This document shows positions 27,936 through 38,641 of a DNA stretch of 64,000 nt, in pieces. The translations under genes were made by a program, and so were the position numbers. Each line of letters opens with the position of its first letter. The stretch's first letter is position 1. The notes under the pieces were generated by a model. It saw nothing but the letters and a program-made list of their open reading frames with translations. It was not told where the DNA came from and searched no databases. This stretch comes from an uncultured Trueperaceae bacterium (GTDB taxonomy: Bacteria; Deinococcota; Deinococci; Deinococcales; Trueperaceae), in the NCBI GenBank assembly GCA_963727505.1, contig CAVSGP010000009.1, positions 1-64,000 on the forward strand. Reading direction: 5' to 3'.

Positions 27936-30900
27936 CTAGGGTGCGGTGGCTTCGGAATCGCCCAGCCGAACGATCACGGCATGTACACGAGCATCGTCAC
28001 GCAAGGGCACGCAACGTGTCGGCTGCGTGTGGCCGTCGACCGTGACCGTCTCTACGCCGCGGGCGACATGGTGGGGGTTCTCCACCCGAATCCTGTACGA
28101 GCTTGCGCCGTATCGGTAGTCCACCTCGAACGCGTCCCAGTCGGGGGGTATGCACGGTTGGATGTCGAGGACGTCGGCGCGGCGCCGTAGGCCGAGGATC
28201 GCCTCGATACCCAGGCGGTACATCCAGCCAGCCGAGCCCGTGTACCAACTCCACCCGCCGCGCCCGACGTGCGGCTCAACGCCGTACACGTCCGCGGCGA
28301 TCACGTACGGTTCGACCTTGTAGCGTCGGGCGGCCTCGGGTGTGTTGGCGTGCCGAATAGGGTTGAGCAGGTCGAACAGGCGGTGAGCGCCGGCTCCGTC
28401 GCCGAGCTCCGCGAAGGCCCACGCGCTCCAGATCGCAGCGTGCGTGTACTGACCGCCGTTCTCGCGAACGCCGGGTAGGTAGCCCTTGATGTAGCCGGGA
28501 TCCATCGAGCCGTGGTCGAACGGTGGGGTGAGCAGCAGCACGATGCCGTCATCCGGACGCACCAGGTGCTCGGTCACCGACGCCATCGCTCGCGCCGAAC
28601 GTGCAGGATCGCCGGCTCCTGAGAGCACCGACCAGGACTGAGCGATGGAGTCGATCCTGGCCTCGTCGTTCGCGTGCGAACCTAGCGGGGTGCCATCATC
28701 GAAGAAGGCCCGCAGGTACCAGTTGCCGTCCCATGCATGCGCCTCCACCGCCGTGCGGTAGGCGTCTGCCTGGCGTCGGTACCGCTCCGCGCGGGCCGTG
28801 TCGGCACGGTCATCGCACACGGGTGCGAATCGCCGCAGAGTCGCGATGAGAAACCAGGCGAGCCATACGCTCTCTCCGGCCCCGCCGATCCCGACCCGGT
28901 TCATGCCATCGTTCCAGTCGCCGCCGCCCATGAGCGGTAGGCCGTGCCGACCCACGGTGCAGGCTCGGTCCAGCGCTCGGCAGGCATGTTCGTACAGGCT
29001 GAACGCGTCTTCGGTCTCCGCGGCTCGGTCGTAGCGGTCGTGTTCCTCGGGTCCGAGCGGAGGGGCCCGCAGGAACGGCGCTTTCTCGTCCAGGACAGTG
29101 GTGTCGCCCGTATGATCGAGATAGCGTTCGATCACGAACGGCAGCCAGGCGAGGTCGTCGGAGATGCGAGTCCGGACGCCGTGGGTCCCACCCGGATGCC
29201 ACCAGTGAAGGACGTCGCCCTCTTCGAACTGATGACGAGCCGACCGCAGCATCTGGGCCCGTGCCAGCTCAGGGGCGGCGTGCAGCACGGCCATAGCGTC
29301 CTGCAGTTGGTCGCGGAAGCCGATGGCGCCGCCGGCCTGGTAGAACGCCGTGCGGCCCCACAGCCGGCAGGCGATCGTCTGGTAGGGCAACCAGCGGTTG
29401 AGCATCGCGTCCATCGCGGGATCAGGCGTGCGCACGCGGATAGTGCCGAGGCGTTCGTCCCACGCGCGCTGCAGCTCCGTTCCGGCGGCGTCGAGTCGGG
29501 CGGGGTCACGGTACCGACGGATCAGGTCCCGGGCCGCGGCGCGATCTTCGCCTGCGCCGATCAGGAAGAACACCTCATCGCTGCCGTTCGCGGGAAGGTC
29601 GACGTGGATCTGTAGGGCTGCGCAGGGATCCCTTCCCGCTTCGACACGCCCGGAAAGGCCAACCCGCGTCAGTGCGGCCGGTCGGCCCACGCTCCCCTCC
29701 CGACCGAGGAACTCCTCCCGGTCCGTCGTAAGTCCGTGCGGGACACGGCTGGCGACCAGGAAGGCCAGCTGGGAAGGGAAGGCCGGGCTGTAAGGGTTGC
29801 GGGCCAGCAGTGCCTCGAGTTCGCCGTCGTACTCCGGGATCACGAAGGCCTGCGTCCCCTCGCGGGTACTGCCTAGCACCCATTCGGCGTAGTAGGTGAC
29901 GGTGAGCCGCCGCGGGCGCTGCAGGAGGTTTTCGAGTCGGAGCCGTACCACCTTGACTGGCGCGTCGTTCACGACGAACAGCTGCAGGTGCTGATCGAGG
30001 TCGTGGCTGCGGTGGTCGAAGCGGGTGGAACCGGCAGCGTGGTGTACGTGGTACGGCGCGCCTCCGGGGATGGGCTGGGGCGTCGGTGTCCACACCTCGG
30101 CGGTCTCCTCGTCGCGCAGGTAGAGGACCTCGCCACTGGGATCGACCACTGGATCGTTGGACCAGGGCGTGAGGTGGTTCTCTCCGCCGTCGACCGCCCA
30201 ACTGGTGCTCGATCCCGTTTCGCTCACGAGGCAGCCGAAGTCGGGATTGGCCAGCACGTTGATCCATGGTGCCGGTGTCGGGGTTCCGTCTTGAAGGATC
30301 CGGTATTCGCGGGCCTCCTCGACGAATCCGCCGAGGGCGTTGTCGAAATCCAGGGCCTCCGACGGCAGCAGCGGTGCCACCGCTTCGGCCGGGTCCGTGG
30401 TGCTGCGGGTTGCCATCAACGCAGGCAGGCGGGTCTCGCTCCGGTCGCGGGCCAGGGCCAACGCCCCCTCGAGGGGAACGCCGGCGCCTATCACCACCTG
30501 TGCCACGGTAAGGAGGAAGTCCCTTCGCGTGTCGTCCATTCGACTCGTTCCCAGCACGAAGATGCCGGCACGTTGATCGAGCCAGGCGTCGTTGCCGCCG
30601 ACCTGCACCAGAGCCCTGATGCGCCCCTGCATGGTCTGCCGGTAGCCCTCGTCCCGCTCGTTGAGAAGGACCAACTCCGTCATGAACCCCTGTTCGCGCC
30701 AGTAGCGGTGCGCCTTCAGCAGCAGGCCCACCAGGTCGAGGTCTTCGGGCTCGCGTACGCGGACGAGCAACATGGGGTGGTCGCCGGAGATCCCGTAGCC
30801 CCACAGAGCCTGCTGGCCTTCGTGATTCTCGCGCAGCACCCGCGCTGGGGCACGCATCGAGTGGTTCGGGTAGAAGAGGTGGGAACGGAGGTGTTCGACG

Positions 30901-33900
30901 GTCCACCAGTCCATTCCCTCGAGCTTGAGCTGCTCCAGGACCGTTACCTGGTGTGCGCGGGCCTCGCGGAACGTCGCCTCGATCGAATCCCAGCGATCGA
31001 AGCGCTTCGCGGCCGCGAGCAACGTCGCCTCCGCGTCGCCTGCCAGCGTGAGGAAGGCGAGCCGAACGGTGGCGCCGGGACGAATGACGAACGACGCGCG
31101 AAGCGCGTACACCGGATCGAGAACCGCGCCGGTGGTTCCTGACAGCGCCTCGGCCCTTAGGGCCGCGGGATGCTCCGCGCCGCCGTGCCGGCCGAGGAAG
31201 CGGGAGCGATCACTCTCGTACTCCACGCTCTCGGGTCGGCCGGCCTCGACGACCAGCCGGTGCAGCAGCAGGTGAGCGGGTTCGTTCTCGTCGCGCGGCC
31301 TGCGGCGGAACAGGAGACCGTGGACCTCCGGGAGCCAGCGGCTCTCGACGAACAGGCCACCGAAGGCAGGGTGCCGGAGGTCGGCGGCGTGCGGAGCGAG
31401 CACCACTTCCCCGTAGCTCGTGATCGCCAGGCGGCGCGGCCCGTCGCCCTGGTTCGTGATGGTGAGGCGGCGGACCTCGGCGTCCTCGTTGGAGGCGACG
31501 GTCACGTCGAGGCGTGTGACGATTCCGTTGACACCCCGTGTGAACTCCGCGGCGTGTGGATGGAAGGACACCGTCTCGTGCTGGCCATCCGCGCCGGTTG
31601 GTTGCCGGGTCGCGGACCAGAGCCGTCCCGAGTCGAGGTCTTGCAGGTACGTCCAGGTGCCGCACGCGTCCCGGGTGGCGTCGGCCCGCCAGCGGGTGAG
31701 ATCCAATCCTGCCCAGCGGGAACCCCCGCCTCCAGCGTTGCTGATGAAGACCGTGTAACGGCCGTTGGAGAGGACGTTCACCAGGGGCACCCGCGTCCGT
31801 ATCGGGACCTGGCGCGGAGCCACGTGTACCGGCTCGAGGGCCGGCCGCCGTGTGGCGGGTCCCTCCTCGCCCCGGTCCTGCTGGAGCGCCGGCACGCCGA
31901 CGGCTGTTTCGTACAGGAGGATCTCGCTGCTCTGGACTCGCACGTCGGCGTGGAAGCGGTCGATGAACCTCGGTCCGTCGAGAACGGCGCAGAGACCGAG
32001 CAGGGACATCCCGTGGTGATGCGCCATGAACGAGCGAACCACCATGTCCTGTCGGCCCAGCGGAAGGTGTGCGGGCGTGTAGTCGATGGCCTCGTAGAAG
32101 CCGTAGCGTCCGACGCCGGCTGCCTCGGCGAGTCGTTGGAGATTCAACAGGGACTCCTGCTGTGCGAAGGGGAGCGCCATCAGGGTTGCGTAGGGAGCGA
32201 TGACGCGCGCATCCGTTGCCGTGCGGGAGAGGGCAAGGTCGGGTACACCGAATGCCCGGTATTGATAGTTCTCATGTACGTCGGTCCGCGCATATCCGGA
32301 CTCCGACACGCCCCACGGGATGTTGTGCGCCAGGCCGAAGGCGATCTGGCGCTGCACGGCGGAGCGGCTCGCGCGGCCCAGGAGGCTGTCGTGCGGCGTG
32401 CGCATCATGAGCGACGGCATCAGGTACTCGAACATGGTGCCGCTCCATGACTGCAGCACGGGCTGCCCGCCAGCGAGCGCGAAGGGGCGGCCCAGGTGGA
32501 CCCAATGTTCCTGGCGTACGCGCCCCAGCGCGATGGCGATGAAACTGCCGATCCTCGCCTCGGAGGCCAGCAGGTTGTACGCATGCTCGTCCGTCCGGCC
32601 CGTGTCCACGTCGTAACCGATGCGGAAGACCTTGCGTCGGGCGTCGTAGAGCATGTCGAAGTCGGCCTCGCGGAGGTAGCGCTCGGCCTCTTCCGCGACG
32701 TTGTGCGCGGCGCTGCGCAACTCGGCAAGCGCTGCTTGGGCAGCGATCACGGCGCGGCGCAGAAGGTCCTCGCTGCGCGCATCGTCTCCGGCCTCCTGGT
32801 GCCCTTCGCGGTGAGGCGCGTCCCCCACGGACCGGAGGATGCGTGCGTAGATGTCGTCGAGCTCGACGAAGGTCGGCGAGGCCGGCCAAGCGGGCGCATG
32901 ATCGTCGAACCCCGCCTTGCGTGTGCCGGGCGCCAACCAGGGGAGGAACAGGTCGCGTTCGCGTCGCATGCTCTCGGTGTGGCCATGCAGGCGTCCGGAC
33001 CACGTTGCGATCTCCTCGAGGACATCGCGGTCGAGGTGGGGTGCGGTCTTGCGCACCAGGTCGAGCACCAGCGCGTCCAAGGCCGGCAGGTCCTCGGCGA
33101 GGAGACGGTCGATCGTGTCGGACCAGCGCTCCGGTGCCTCGTCCAGCGCCTCGACCTTCGCTCGCAGGTCGGCGAGACCGGAGTCGATCGCCGACGTGTC
33201 GGAAGGAAGCGAGCGGGTGTTCTCTTCGAGCAGGTCGAGCAAGACGAGCACGCCATCGAACAGCGAGCGGTCCACGGGGCGCCGTTCCGGGATCTCCAGG
33301 CAGCCGTGCTTCACGATCACCAGACAGGCAAGGAAGTTGCCGCTGTCCACGAACGACACGTACCTCGGAGGCAGCGCCTGTAGCGTCTGCGTGTCGTACC
33401 AGTTGAGCAGGTGGCCACGCGAGCGTTCGAGCGTTGCCATCGTCGCGAAGGTGTTGCCGACCCGATGAAGGGTCGTTCGCGCGTCGAGGAAGCCCAGATC
33501 GTGCGCGGCGAGCGTGGACGTCAACAACAGTCCGATGTTGGTGGGGGAGGTGCGGTGCGCGATCACGCCGCGTGGCGCCTCCTGGAAGTGGTCCGGGGGT
33601 AGCCAGTGGTCGCCGGGACCCACGAACCGTTCGAAGTAGAACCAGGTGCGCCGCGCAATGGTCGCGAGCCAACGCTTCTGCTCGCTCTGCAGGGGCGGAT
33701 CGGCACGCTCGACGGTGCGTCCCGATCGGTAGGCGAGGGCGGGGGCGCCGAACCACGCCAGGAGGAGCGGCACGGCGAACGGCAGCGCAGCGGGTCGACT
33801 CCAGCCCACCAGCGCGGCGAGGGCAACGGCCGCCAGCGGCGCGATCGCCATCTCGCGCCAGGTGTCCAGGGGCCTGTCGCGCAGCTCGATGTCCCGAGCG

Positions 33901-36335
33901 GTGCGAGCCGCGTCGTGCCATGACAGCAGGTGCCGTCGCGACACGATCAGGCGCCACAGCGTGAGGCTGATCGCCGAGATGGAGACGGCAGCGGTGGCCG
34001 GGAGGAAAGCGAGGTCGGCGAGCCAGCGGCGCGCTTCGCCGACCCAGGTCGACGTTCCCCGTTCCTGGCGTCGGAGCGAGCGCGTCAGGCCAGCGAGGCG
34101 GCCCAACAGGAAAGGAACCACGGACACGCCTAGAACGAGTAGCGTCCATGCCCACGTCGGGCCGGGGACCAGGGTCCAGACCAGAGCGAGCGACAGCGCC
34201 AGAGAGGGCGCCGACAGGCTGCGGATGAGGTTCTGGAGGATCAACCATCGCGTCAGCCATGGCAGCGGATTGGCGTCGCGGCCAGCGCCGGGCGCCGGAA
34301 CGCTACGGCCCAGCCAGGGGAGCAACTGCCAGTCGCCCCGGACCCATCGGTGCAGGCGGCGCGCGTAGGAGAGGTATGTGGTGGGGTAGCTCTCCAGCAC
34401 GACGACGTCGCTTACGAGGCCGGCCCGGCCCAACCCACCCTCGAACAAGTCGTGACTCAGGATGCTGTTCTCGGGCACCCTCCCGCGGTCGACCCGTGTG
34501 ACCGCAGCAACGTCGTAGATGCCCTTCCCGACGAAGATCCCGTCACCGAACAGATCCATGTACGGATCCGACACCGCTCGGGCATACAGGTCGACACCGG
34601 CGCTGCCCGCGAACACGCGGCTGAAGGGGCTGCGCGCCCCATGCGTGGGAAGGATGTCGACGCGAGGTTGCAGGACCGTATAGCCCCGTGCCAGCGAGCC
34701 ATCTTCCCCGAAGCGAGGCCGCACGAGAGGATGGGCCAGGGTGCCGGCGAGGCGGGCGGCGGCGCCCGGCGGCAGCACGGTGTCGGTATCGAGCGTGATG
34801 ACGAAGGCGTAGCCGGCCGGGCCGTCACCCGTAACGCCTTCCGGGAGAACGTAACTGCCGCGCTCGCCGCGATCGAGCCAGGCGTTCAACTCGCCCAGCT
34901 TGCCGCGCTTGCGCTCCCACCCCATCCAACACCCCTCGGACGGGTTCCAGCGCCGTTCACGGTGCATGAGGTAGAAGCGCGTGTCGGGATGGCGCGCGCG
35001 GAGGATCTCGAGGTGCCTGTCGAGCGACGCGAGCAGCGGGCCGTCTTCCGGCAGGACACGCTCGGGTGCGTCCGCGAAGTCCGTCAGGACCACGAAGCCT
35101 ATGTTGGCGTCCCGGTTGCCGACGGCGTGGCGTTCGAGCTGCGCGAAGACGAACTGAATGTCGCGTTCCGAGGAGACCAGCGTGGGGATCGCAACGAGGG
35201 TCCGGGCGGTGTCCGGCACGCCGTCCGAGAAGTCCAATTTCGGGAGCATCCTCGGCGGGAGCAGGTGCGTGATCACGTAGTGCACCAGGACCTCGGCCGC
35301 GGCGGCGGCAGGGGCGAAGAGGGCGACGAGCAGCAGAGGGAGGGACGCCCGCGCGCCGTTCCACGCTGCCAGGAGCGCGGCGCCCGCCAGGATGAGGCAG
35401 GCGATCGTGCCGATGGCGGTGAGGTAGAAAGGCGCCCGACTACGGCGAGCCCAGCCGCGGAAGGTCCCGCCGAGGCCCACGCGGACACCGAGCCGCCTCT
35501 CGAGCATGCTGCGCCCCTGCCCGTACAGAAGCGTACCCACGTGTTCGGTGTCGGCCGCCTCGCCGGCGATGCGCACGGCCTCGGCAGCGACGTCAGCCTC
35601 GGAGCGTCCGCTTCGCCGTGCGACGGCCTCGACGATCCGGCGATAAGCATCGCGCGTCGCGAGGTCCATCTGGGCATACAAGCCGGCGGGATCGCCGCGC
35701 AGGCAACGTTCGATGACGCTGAGTGACTCGACGAACTCCGTCCAGTCCTGCTGGTCGATCGCGTGCAGACCTTGCACGATTGCGGCGATCGTGCCCTCGT
35801 CGCCTGCGATCTCGTGACGCGCGAGAAGCTCCCGGTCCGCTGTTTCGACGAGGCGCTCGAGCGAAGCGACACGAAGCATGGAGGGCAGGGCCCACAGCTC
35901 GGCCAGCGTGAGGGGAGCGATGCGCTGGTAGGCATCGACGAATTCTTCGAGCACGGTGATCTGCATGCGCCCGCGGAGACGGTCCAGGAACGCCTCGATC
36001 AGTTCCACGATGCGAACGGGAGTCTCGGCGCCTTGTCTCACGCACGGCAGTACCCGGTAGAAGGCATCGGACACGTCTTCGCTCGCCTGCCGCAGGGTAC
36101 GGAACACGAGATAGTCGTTGTCCAGCAACCAGCGCTGGCCGCTGGTGACCAGCTGTTCATCACGCGGCAAGCGCCCGTACAGCGAGCGAGCACGCGCCCG
36201 GACCAGGTCGATGCGGCGATGCATGTTGCGTGGCGACCCGCGACAGGGCGCCAACCTGTGCATCGCGGCGAGCGCTTCGGCCTGCTGCGTCAGCGTCTCG
36301 ATGTCGACAGGTGGTACCGGGGGACCTTCGGTCAC
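27936..36335 (-). CDS. ndvB: Cyclic beta-1,2-glucan synthase (NdvB/Cgs/ChvB-like; GT84 + glycoamylase-like + GH94)
   Basis: 2799 aa; WERKRGKL, TLDTDT, SHDLFEG, HRWVRGDWQ, TM block, WSGTMFEYLMP, PWGVSES, GFRDQLQD, GDWNDGMN, ENGGQYTH and WYTGSAGW. Confidence 0.93.
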   Translation of the reverse strand: MTEGPPVPPVDIETLTQQAEALAAMHRLAPCRGSPRNMHRRIDLVRARARSLYGRLPRDEQLVTSGQRWLLDNDYLVFRTLRQASEDVSDAFYRVLPCVRQGAETPVRIVELIEAFLDRLRGRMQITVLEEFVDAYQRIAPLTLAELWALPSMLRVASLERLVETADRELLARHEIAGDEGTIAAIVQGLHAIDQQDWTEFVESLSVIERCLRGDPAGLYAQMDLATRDAYRRIVEAVARRSGRSEADVAAEAVRIAGEAADTEHVGTLLYGQGRSMLERRLGVRVGLGGTFRGWARRSRAPFYLTAIGTIACLILAGAALLAAWNGARASLPLLLVALFAPAAAAAEVLVHYVITHLLPPRMLPKLDFSDGVPDTARTLVAIPTLVSSERDIQFVFAQLERHAVGNRDANIGFVVLTDFADAPERVLPEDGPLLASLDRHLEILRARHPDTRFYLMHRERRWNPSEGCWMGWERKRGKLGELNAWLDRGERGSYVLPEGVTGDGPAGYAFVITLDTDTVLPPGAAARLAGTLAHPLVRPRFGEDGSLARGYTVLQPRVDILPTHGARSPFSRVFAGSAGVDLYARAVSDPYMDLFGDGIFVGKGIYDVAAVTRVDRGRVPENSILSHDLFEGGLGRAGLVSDVVVLESYPTTYLSYARRLHRWVRGDWQLLPWLGRSVPAPGAGRDANPLPWLTRWLILQNLIRSLSAPSLALSLALVWTLVPGPTWAWTLLVLGVSVVPFLLGRLAGLTRSLRRQERGTSTWVGEARRWLADLAFLPATAAVSISAISLTLWRLIVSRRHLLSWHDAARTARDIELRDRPLDTWREMAIAPLAAVALAALVGWSRPAALPFAVPLLLAWFGAPALAYRSGRTVERADPPLQSEQKRWLATIARRTWFYFERFVGPGDHWLPPDHFQEAPRGVIAHRTSPTNIGLLLTSTLAAHDLGFLDARTTLHRVGNTFATMATLERSRGHLLNWYDTQTLQALPPRYVSFVDSGNFLACLVIVKHGCLEIPERRPVDRSLFDGVLVLLDLLEENTRSLPSDTSAIDSGLADLRAKVEALDEAPERWSDTIDRLLAEDLPALDALVLDLVRKTAPHLDRDVLEEIATWSGRLHGHTESMRRERDLFLPWLAPGTRKAGFDDHAPAWPASPTFVELDDIYARILRSVGDAPHREGHQEAGDDARSEDLLRRAVIAAQAALAELRSAAHNVAEEAERYLREADFDMLYDARRKVFRIGYDVDTGRTDEHAYNLLASEARIGSFIAIALGRVRQEHWVHLGRPFALAGGQPVLQSWSGTMFEYLMPSLMMRTPHDSLLGRASRSAVQRQIAFGLAHNIPWGVSESGYARTDVHENYQYRAFGVPDLALSRTATDARVIAPYATLMALPFAQQESLLNLQRLAEAAGVGRYGFYEAIDYTPAHLPLGRQDMVVRSFMAHHHGMSLLGLCAVLDGPRFIDRFHADVRVQSSEILLYETAVGVPALQQDRGEEGPATRRPALEPVHVAPRQVPIRTRVPLVNVLSNGRYTVFISNAGGGGSRWAGLDLTRWRADATRDACGTWTYLQDLDSGRLWSATRQPTGADGQHETVSFHPHAAEFTRGVNGIVTRLDVTVASNEDAEVRRLTITNQGDGPRRLAITSYGEVVLAPHAADLRHPAFGGLFVESRWLPEVHGLLFRRRPRDENEPAHLLLHRLVVEAGRPESVEYESDRSRFLGRHGGAEHPAALRAEALSGTTGAVLDPVYALRASFVIRPGATVRLAFLTLAGDAEATLLAAAKRFDRWDSIEATFREARAHQVTVLEQLKLEGMDWWTVEHLRSHLFYPNHSMRAPARVLRENHEGQQALWGYGISGDHPMLLVRVREPEDLDLVGLLLKAHRYWREQGFMTELVLLNERDEGYRQTMQGRIRALVQVGGNDAWLDQRAGIFVLGTSRMDDTRRDFLLTVAQVVIGAGVPLEGALALARDRSETRLPALMATRSTTDPAEAVAPLLPSEALDFDNALGGFVEEAREYRILQDGTPTPAPWINVLANPDFGCLVSETGSSTSWAVDGGENHLTPWSNDPVVDPSGEVLYLRDEETAEVWTPTPQPIPGGAPYHVHHAAGSTRFDHRSHDLDQHLQLFVVNDAPVKVVRLRLENLLQRPRRLTVTYYAEWVLGSTREGTQAFVIPEYDGELEALLARNPYSPAFPSQLAFLVASRVPHGLTTDREEFLGREGSVGRPAALTRVGLSGRVEAGRDPCAALQIHVDLPANGSDEVFFLIGAGEDRAAARDLIRRYRDPARLDAAGTELQRAWDERLGTIRVRTPDPAMDAMLNRWLPYQTIACRLWGRTAFYQAGGAIGFRDQLQDAMAVLHAAPELARAQMLRSARHQFEEGDVLHWWHPGGTHGVRTRISDDLAWLPFVIERYLDHTGDTTVLDEKAPFLRAPPLGPEEHDRYDRAAETEDAFSLYEHACRALDRACTVGRHGLPLMGGGDWNDGMNRVGIGGAGESVWLAWFLIATLRRFAPVCDDRADTARAERYRRQADAYRTAVEAHAWDGNWYLRAFFDDGTPLGSHANDEARIDSIAQSWSVLSGAGDPARSARAMASVTEHLVRPDDGIVLLLTPPFDHGSMDPGYIKGYLPGVRENGGQYTHAAIWSAWAFAELGDGAGAHRLFDLLNPIRHANTPEAARRYKVEPYVIAADVYGVEPHVGRGGWSWYTGSAGWMYRLGIEAILGLRRRADVLDIQPCIPPDWDAFEVDYRYGASSYRIRVENPHHVARGVETVTVDGHTQPTRCVPLRDDARVHAVIVRLGDSEATAP

Positions 36336-37300
36336 GAGCGCCCGGCTTGCTCATGGGCCGCCAGACGGGCGGGGCTGGCCTCGATCTCCTCGCGCGGACG
36401 GTCCTGCACGACCAGCATCGGCCGACCGCCGTACAGGAGGAACTTCTCCGTGATCTCCCCGAACGGGCGCCGCGCGCTGCCGGTGGCGCCATGGGCGCTC
36501 ATCACGATCAGATCGACGTCTTCTTGACCGGCGAGCTCCTCGAGCGCAGCGGCCGGATCGTCACCGGCGAGGACGTGAATGCGCACTTGGCGGCCGGCGT
36601 TCGCGAGATCTCGGCCCAGTTCGTTTAGGTACGCCGAGGCGTGTCGGCGAACGAGACTGCCAAGGCCGTCGACGATCGCTTGTTCGTCCTCGGTGAGCGG
36701 GAGCCGATGGGGTACCTCGGGAGGTCGCACGACGTGACCGAGGAGCAGCGCCGCGCCGTGCTTGTCGGCGATGCGATGGACGATGGGGAGCACGCATTCG
36801 GCCCGTCGCGAGCCGTCGAGCGGGACGAGCACCTTCTCGAATCGCGCGTCACCGTCGTCTCGCGGCCCTTCGATGAACGCCCGAACCAGGAGCAGAGACA
36901 CGTGAACCCCGAGAGCGGTCTTGTGGGCCACCGCACCGAGCTCGGCCCCCGTTACTCCGGTCCGCCCGTGACTGGCCAGCGCGACGAGGTCGACACCCTC
37001 CCTGTGGACCTGCTCGATGATGGAGGTTGCCGGGTTCCCCTCGAAAATCCGGACGTCCGCGGAGAGGCCTCTTTGCTCCAGGCGCTTGGCGACGCCGGCC
37101 AGATACGAGGCCGCAGCATCCTGGTGCAGTTGCCACGCGACCGGATCGGTCGGCTGCACACGCCCGGCCGTCGTCGGGATCTCGAGCACGCGCAGCAGCG
37201 AGACCCGTGCGCCCGTGAGCAAGGCGATGGCCGTGACGTGAGGCAAGACGCACTCGGCAGCCAGCGACTCGTCCAGCGGGACCAGGATGTGCTCGAACAT
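36332..37300 (-). CDS. Tandem-domain universal stress protein
   Basis: Two USP units (ILVPLD...ASHGRTG; VLVPLDGS...SAHGATG); GTGA overlap with ndvB. Confidence 0.92.
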   Translation of the reverse strand: MFEHILVPLDESLAAECVLPHVTAIALLTGARVSLLRVLEIPTTAGRVQPTDPVAWQLHQDAAASYLAGVAKRLEQRGLSADVRIFEGNPATSIIEQVHREGVDLVALASHGRTGVTGAELGAVAHKTALGVHVSLLLVRAFIEGPRDDGDARFEKVLVPLDGSRRAECVLPIVHRIADKHGAALLLGHVVRPPEVPHRLPLTEDEQAIVDGLGSLVRRHASAYLNELGRDLANAGRQVRIHVLAGDDPAAALEELAGQEDVDLIVMSAHGATGSARRPFGEITEKFLLYGGRPMLVVQDRPREEIEASPARLAAHEQAGRS

Positions 37301-37599
37301 GGTGCTCCTCCGGCCGCGCCAGGCTCCCCATCCCGCCTTTGCGTGGCGGCCTCTGGGACGGGCACCGTTGGGACAACGAGGATTGTGAAGCCACGTCGGG
37401 CTCGGGGAGCGCGCACTTCCATGGTACTGCCCCGCCGGTGGCGTGGCCGCCCTGGCCGCACATCACGGTCCTCGAGAGCTGCGGCGGAGGCCTGGCCGGC
37501 ACCAGCAGCGCTACCGATCCTGGAGATGCGCCTGGCAACGTTGCCAAGCCATTTCAGCGAAGGTCCGCTGCATCGCGGTGCGTCTGCCTGCTCGGATCC

Positions 37600-38211
37600 T
37601 CAGGTCCCGCCCAGTCCGAGCAGCTCATAGGTGGACTTGCCGGCCCTGATCTGATCGATGAGCTCTCGTTCGAAGGCGTCGCGTTCGCGCGCCGCTGTGA
37701 CCACGTCGTGAAGACGATTCGCCGTTACGATCACGACGCCATCGGCGTCGCCCACGATGACGTCTCCTGAGTGAATGGTGACGCCGCCGATGTCGATCGC
37801 TTCGTCGATCGAACCGCGATCGAGCTTGCTGCAGCTACCGACGGCTGCGCCGGCGGCGAAGACGGGGAAGCCGAGGCGTTCGATCTCCGCCGTGTCCCGG
37901 ACCGCGCCGTCCGTTACGAGCCCGCGCACGGATCGCGCAAGAGCCGCTTCCGTCATCACCTCGCCCCAGGCGCCGTGCAGGAGGTCTCGCCCGGTGGCAA
38001 CCACCAGCACCTCGCCGGGCCGGGCCGTCGTCAAGGCGAGGTGGAGCGCGAGGTTGTCGCCGGTGCTACTCCGGATGCATCGGGCGGGACCGCATACGCG
38101 AGCGCCGTGCCAGACCGGCCGGATGAGCGGGTCGAGCATGCCTTGTTTGCCGGACGCCTCGTAGATGGTGGCGGCTCCGTACCGAGCCAGTTCCGAGTGT
38201 GGTTCTCGCAC
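37600..38211 (-). CDS. RraA/HMG (4-hydroxy-4-methyl-2-oxoglutarate) aldolase family protein
   Basis: GDNLALH, AWGEVM, DGAVRD and GDADGV; AGGAGG SD before GTG 38211. Confidence 0.88.
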   Translation of the reverse strand: MREPHSELARYGAATIYEASGKQGMLDPLIRPVWHGARVCGPARCIRSSTGDNLALHLALTTARPGEVLVVATGRDLLHGAWGEVMTEAALARSVRGLVTDGAVRDTAEIERLGFPVFAAGAAVGSCSKLDRGSIDEAIDIGGVTIHSGDVIVGDADGVVIVTANRLHDVVTAARERDAFERELIDQIRAGKSTYELLGLGGT

Positions 38212-38335
38212 CTCGTGCCTCCTACCCTGCCCGCCACGGTGGGAACGGGCAGCATGGTACGCGTGGACGGCGGGGAGCCGGTGTGCGCCTGCCGCGATGC
38301 GTGATGGCGGTCGGAGCTCCCCAGGCGCGAAGGAC

Positions 38336-38641
38336 CTACTGCTCGACGGCCCCCAGGCGAGCTCGCAGGAGGGCCTTGCCGGGCCAGCCCTTGCCCTCGT
38401 TGTCGAGGTAGCGACGACACGCCATGACCGGTGGCCCATCGTAGCCTTCGAGGTCGCGCCCTTCGATCCGGATGGTGGGGGATCCCGCGAATCCGTTGCG
38501 CTCGTTCGCTTCGAGGTGATCCAGGTTGCGCAGGCGCACGCTGGCATTCAGATCGAGCTCGACGAGCACGCTGCCGAGGTCGTCCCAGGCTGTGCGCCAG
38601 GAGGGGCAGTGGTCGAAGTAGATGAGCTCGATCTCTACCAT
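38336..38641 (-). CDS. Thioredoxin-fold protein (DUF2703-like)
   Basis: YFDHCPSW, FAGSPTIRIEGRD and ACRRY; TACGCT 6 nt upstream (leaderless). Confidence 0.75.
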   Translation of the reverse strand: MVEIELIYFDHCPSWRTAWDDLGSVLVELDLNASVRLRNLDHLEANERNGFAGSPTIRIEGRDLEGYDGPPVMACRRYLDNEGKGWPGKALLRARLGAVEQ

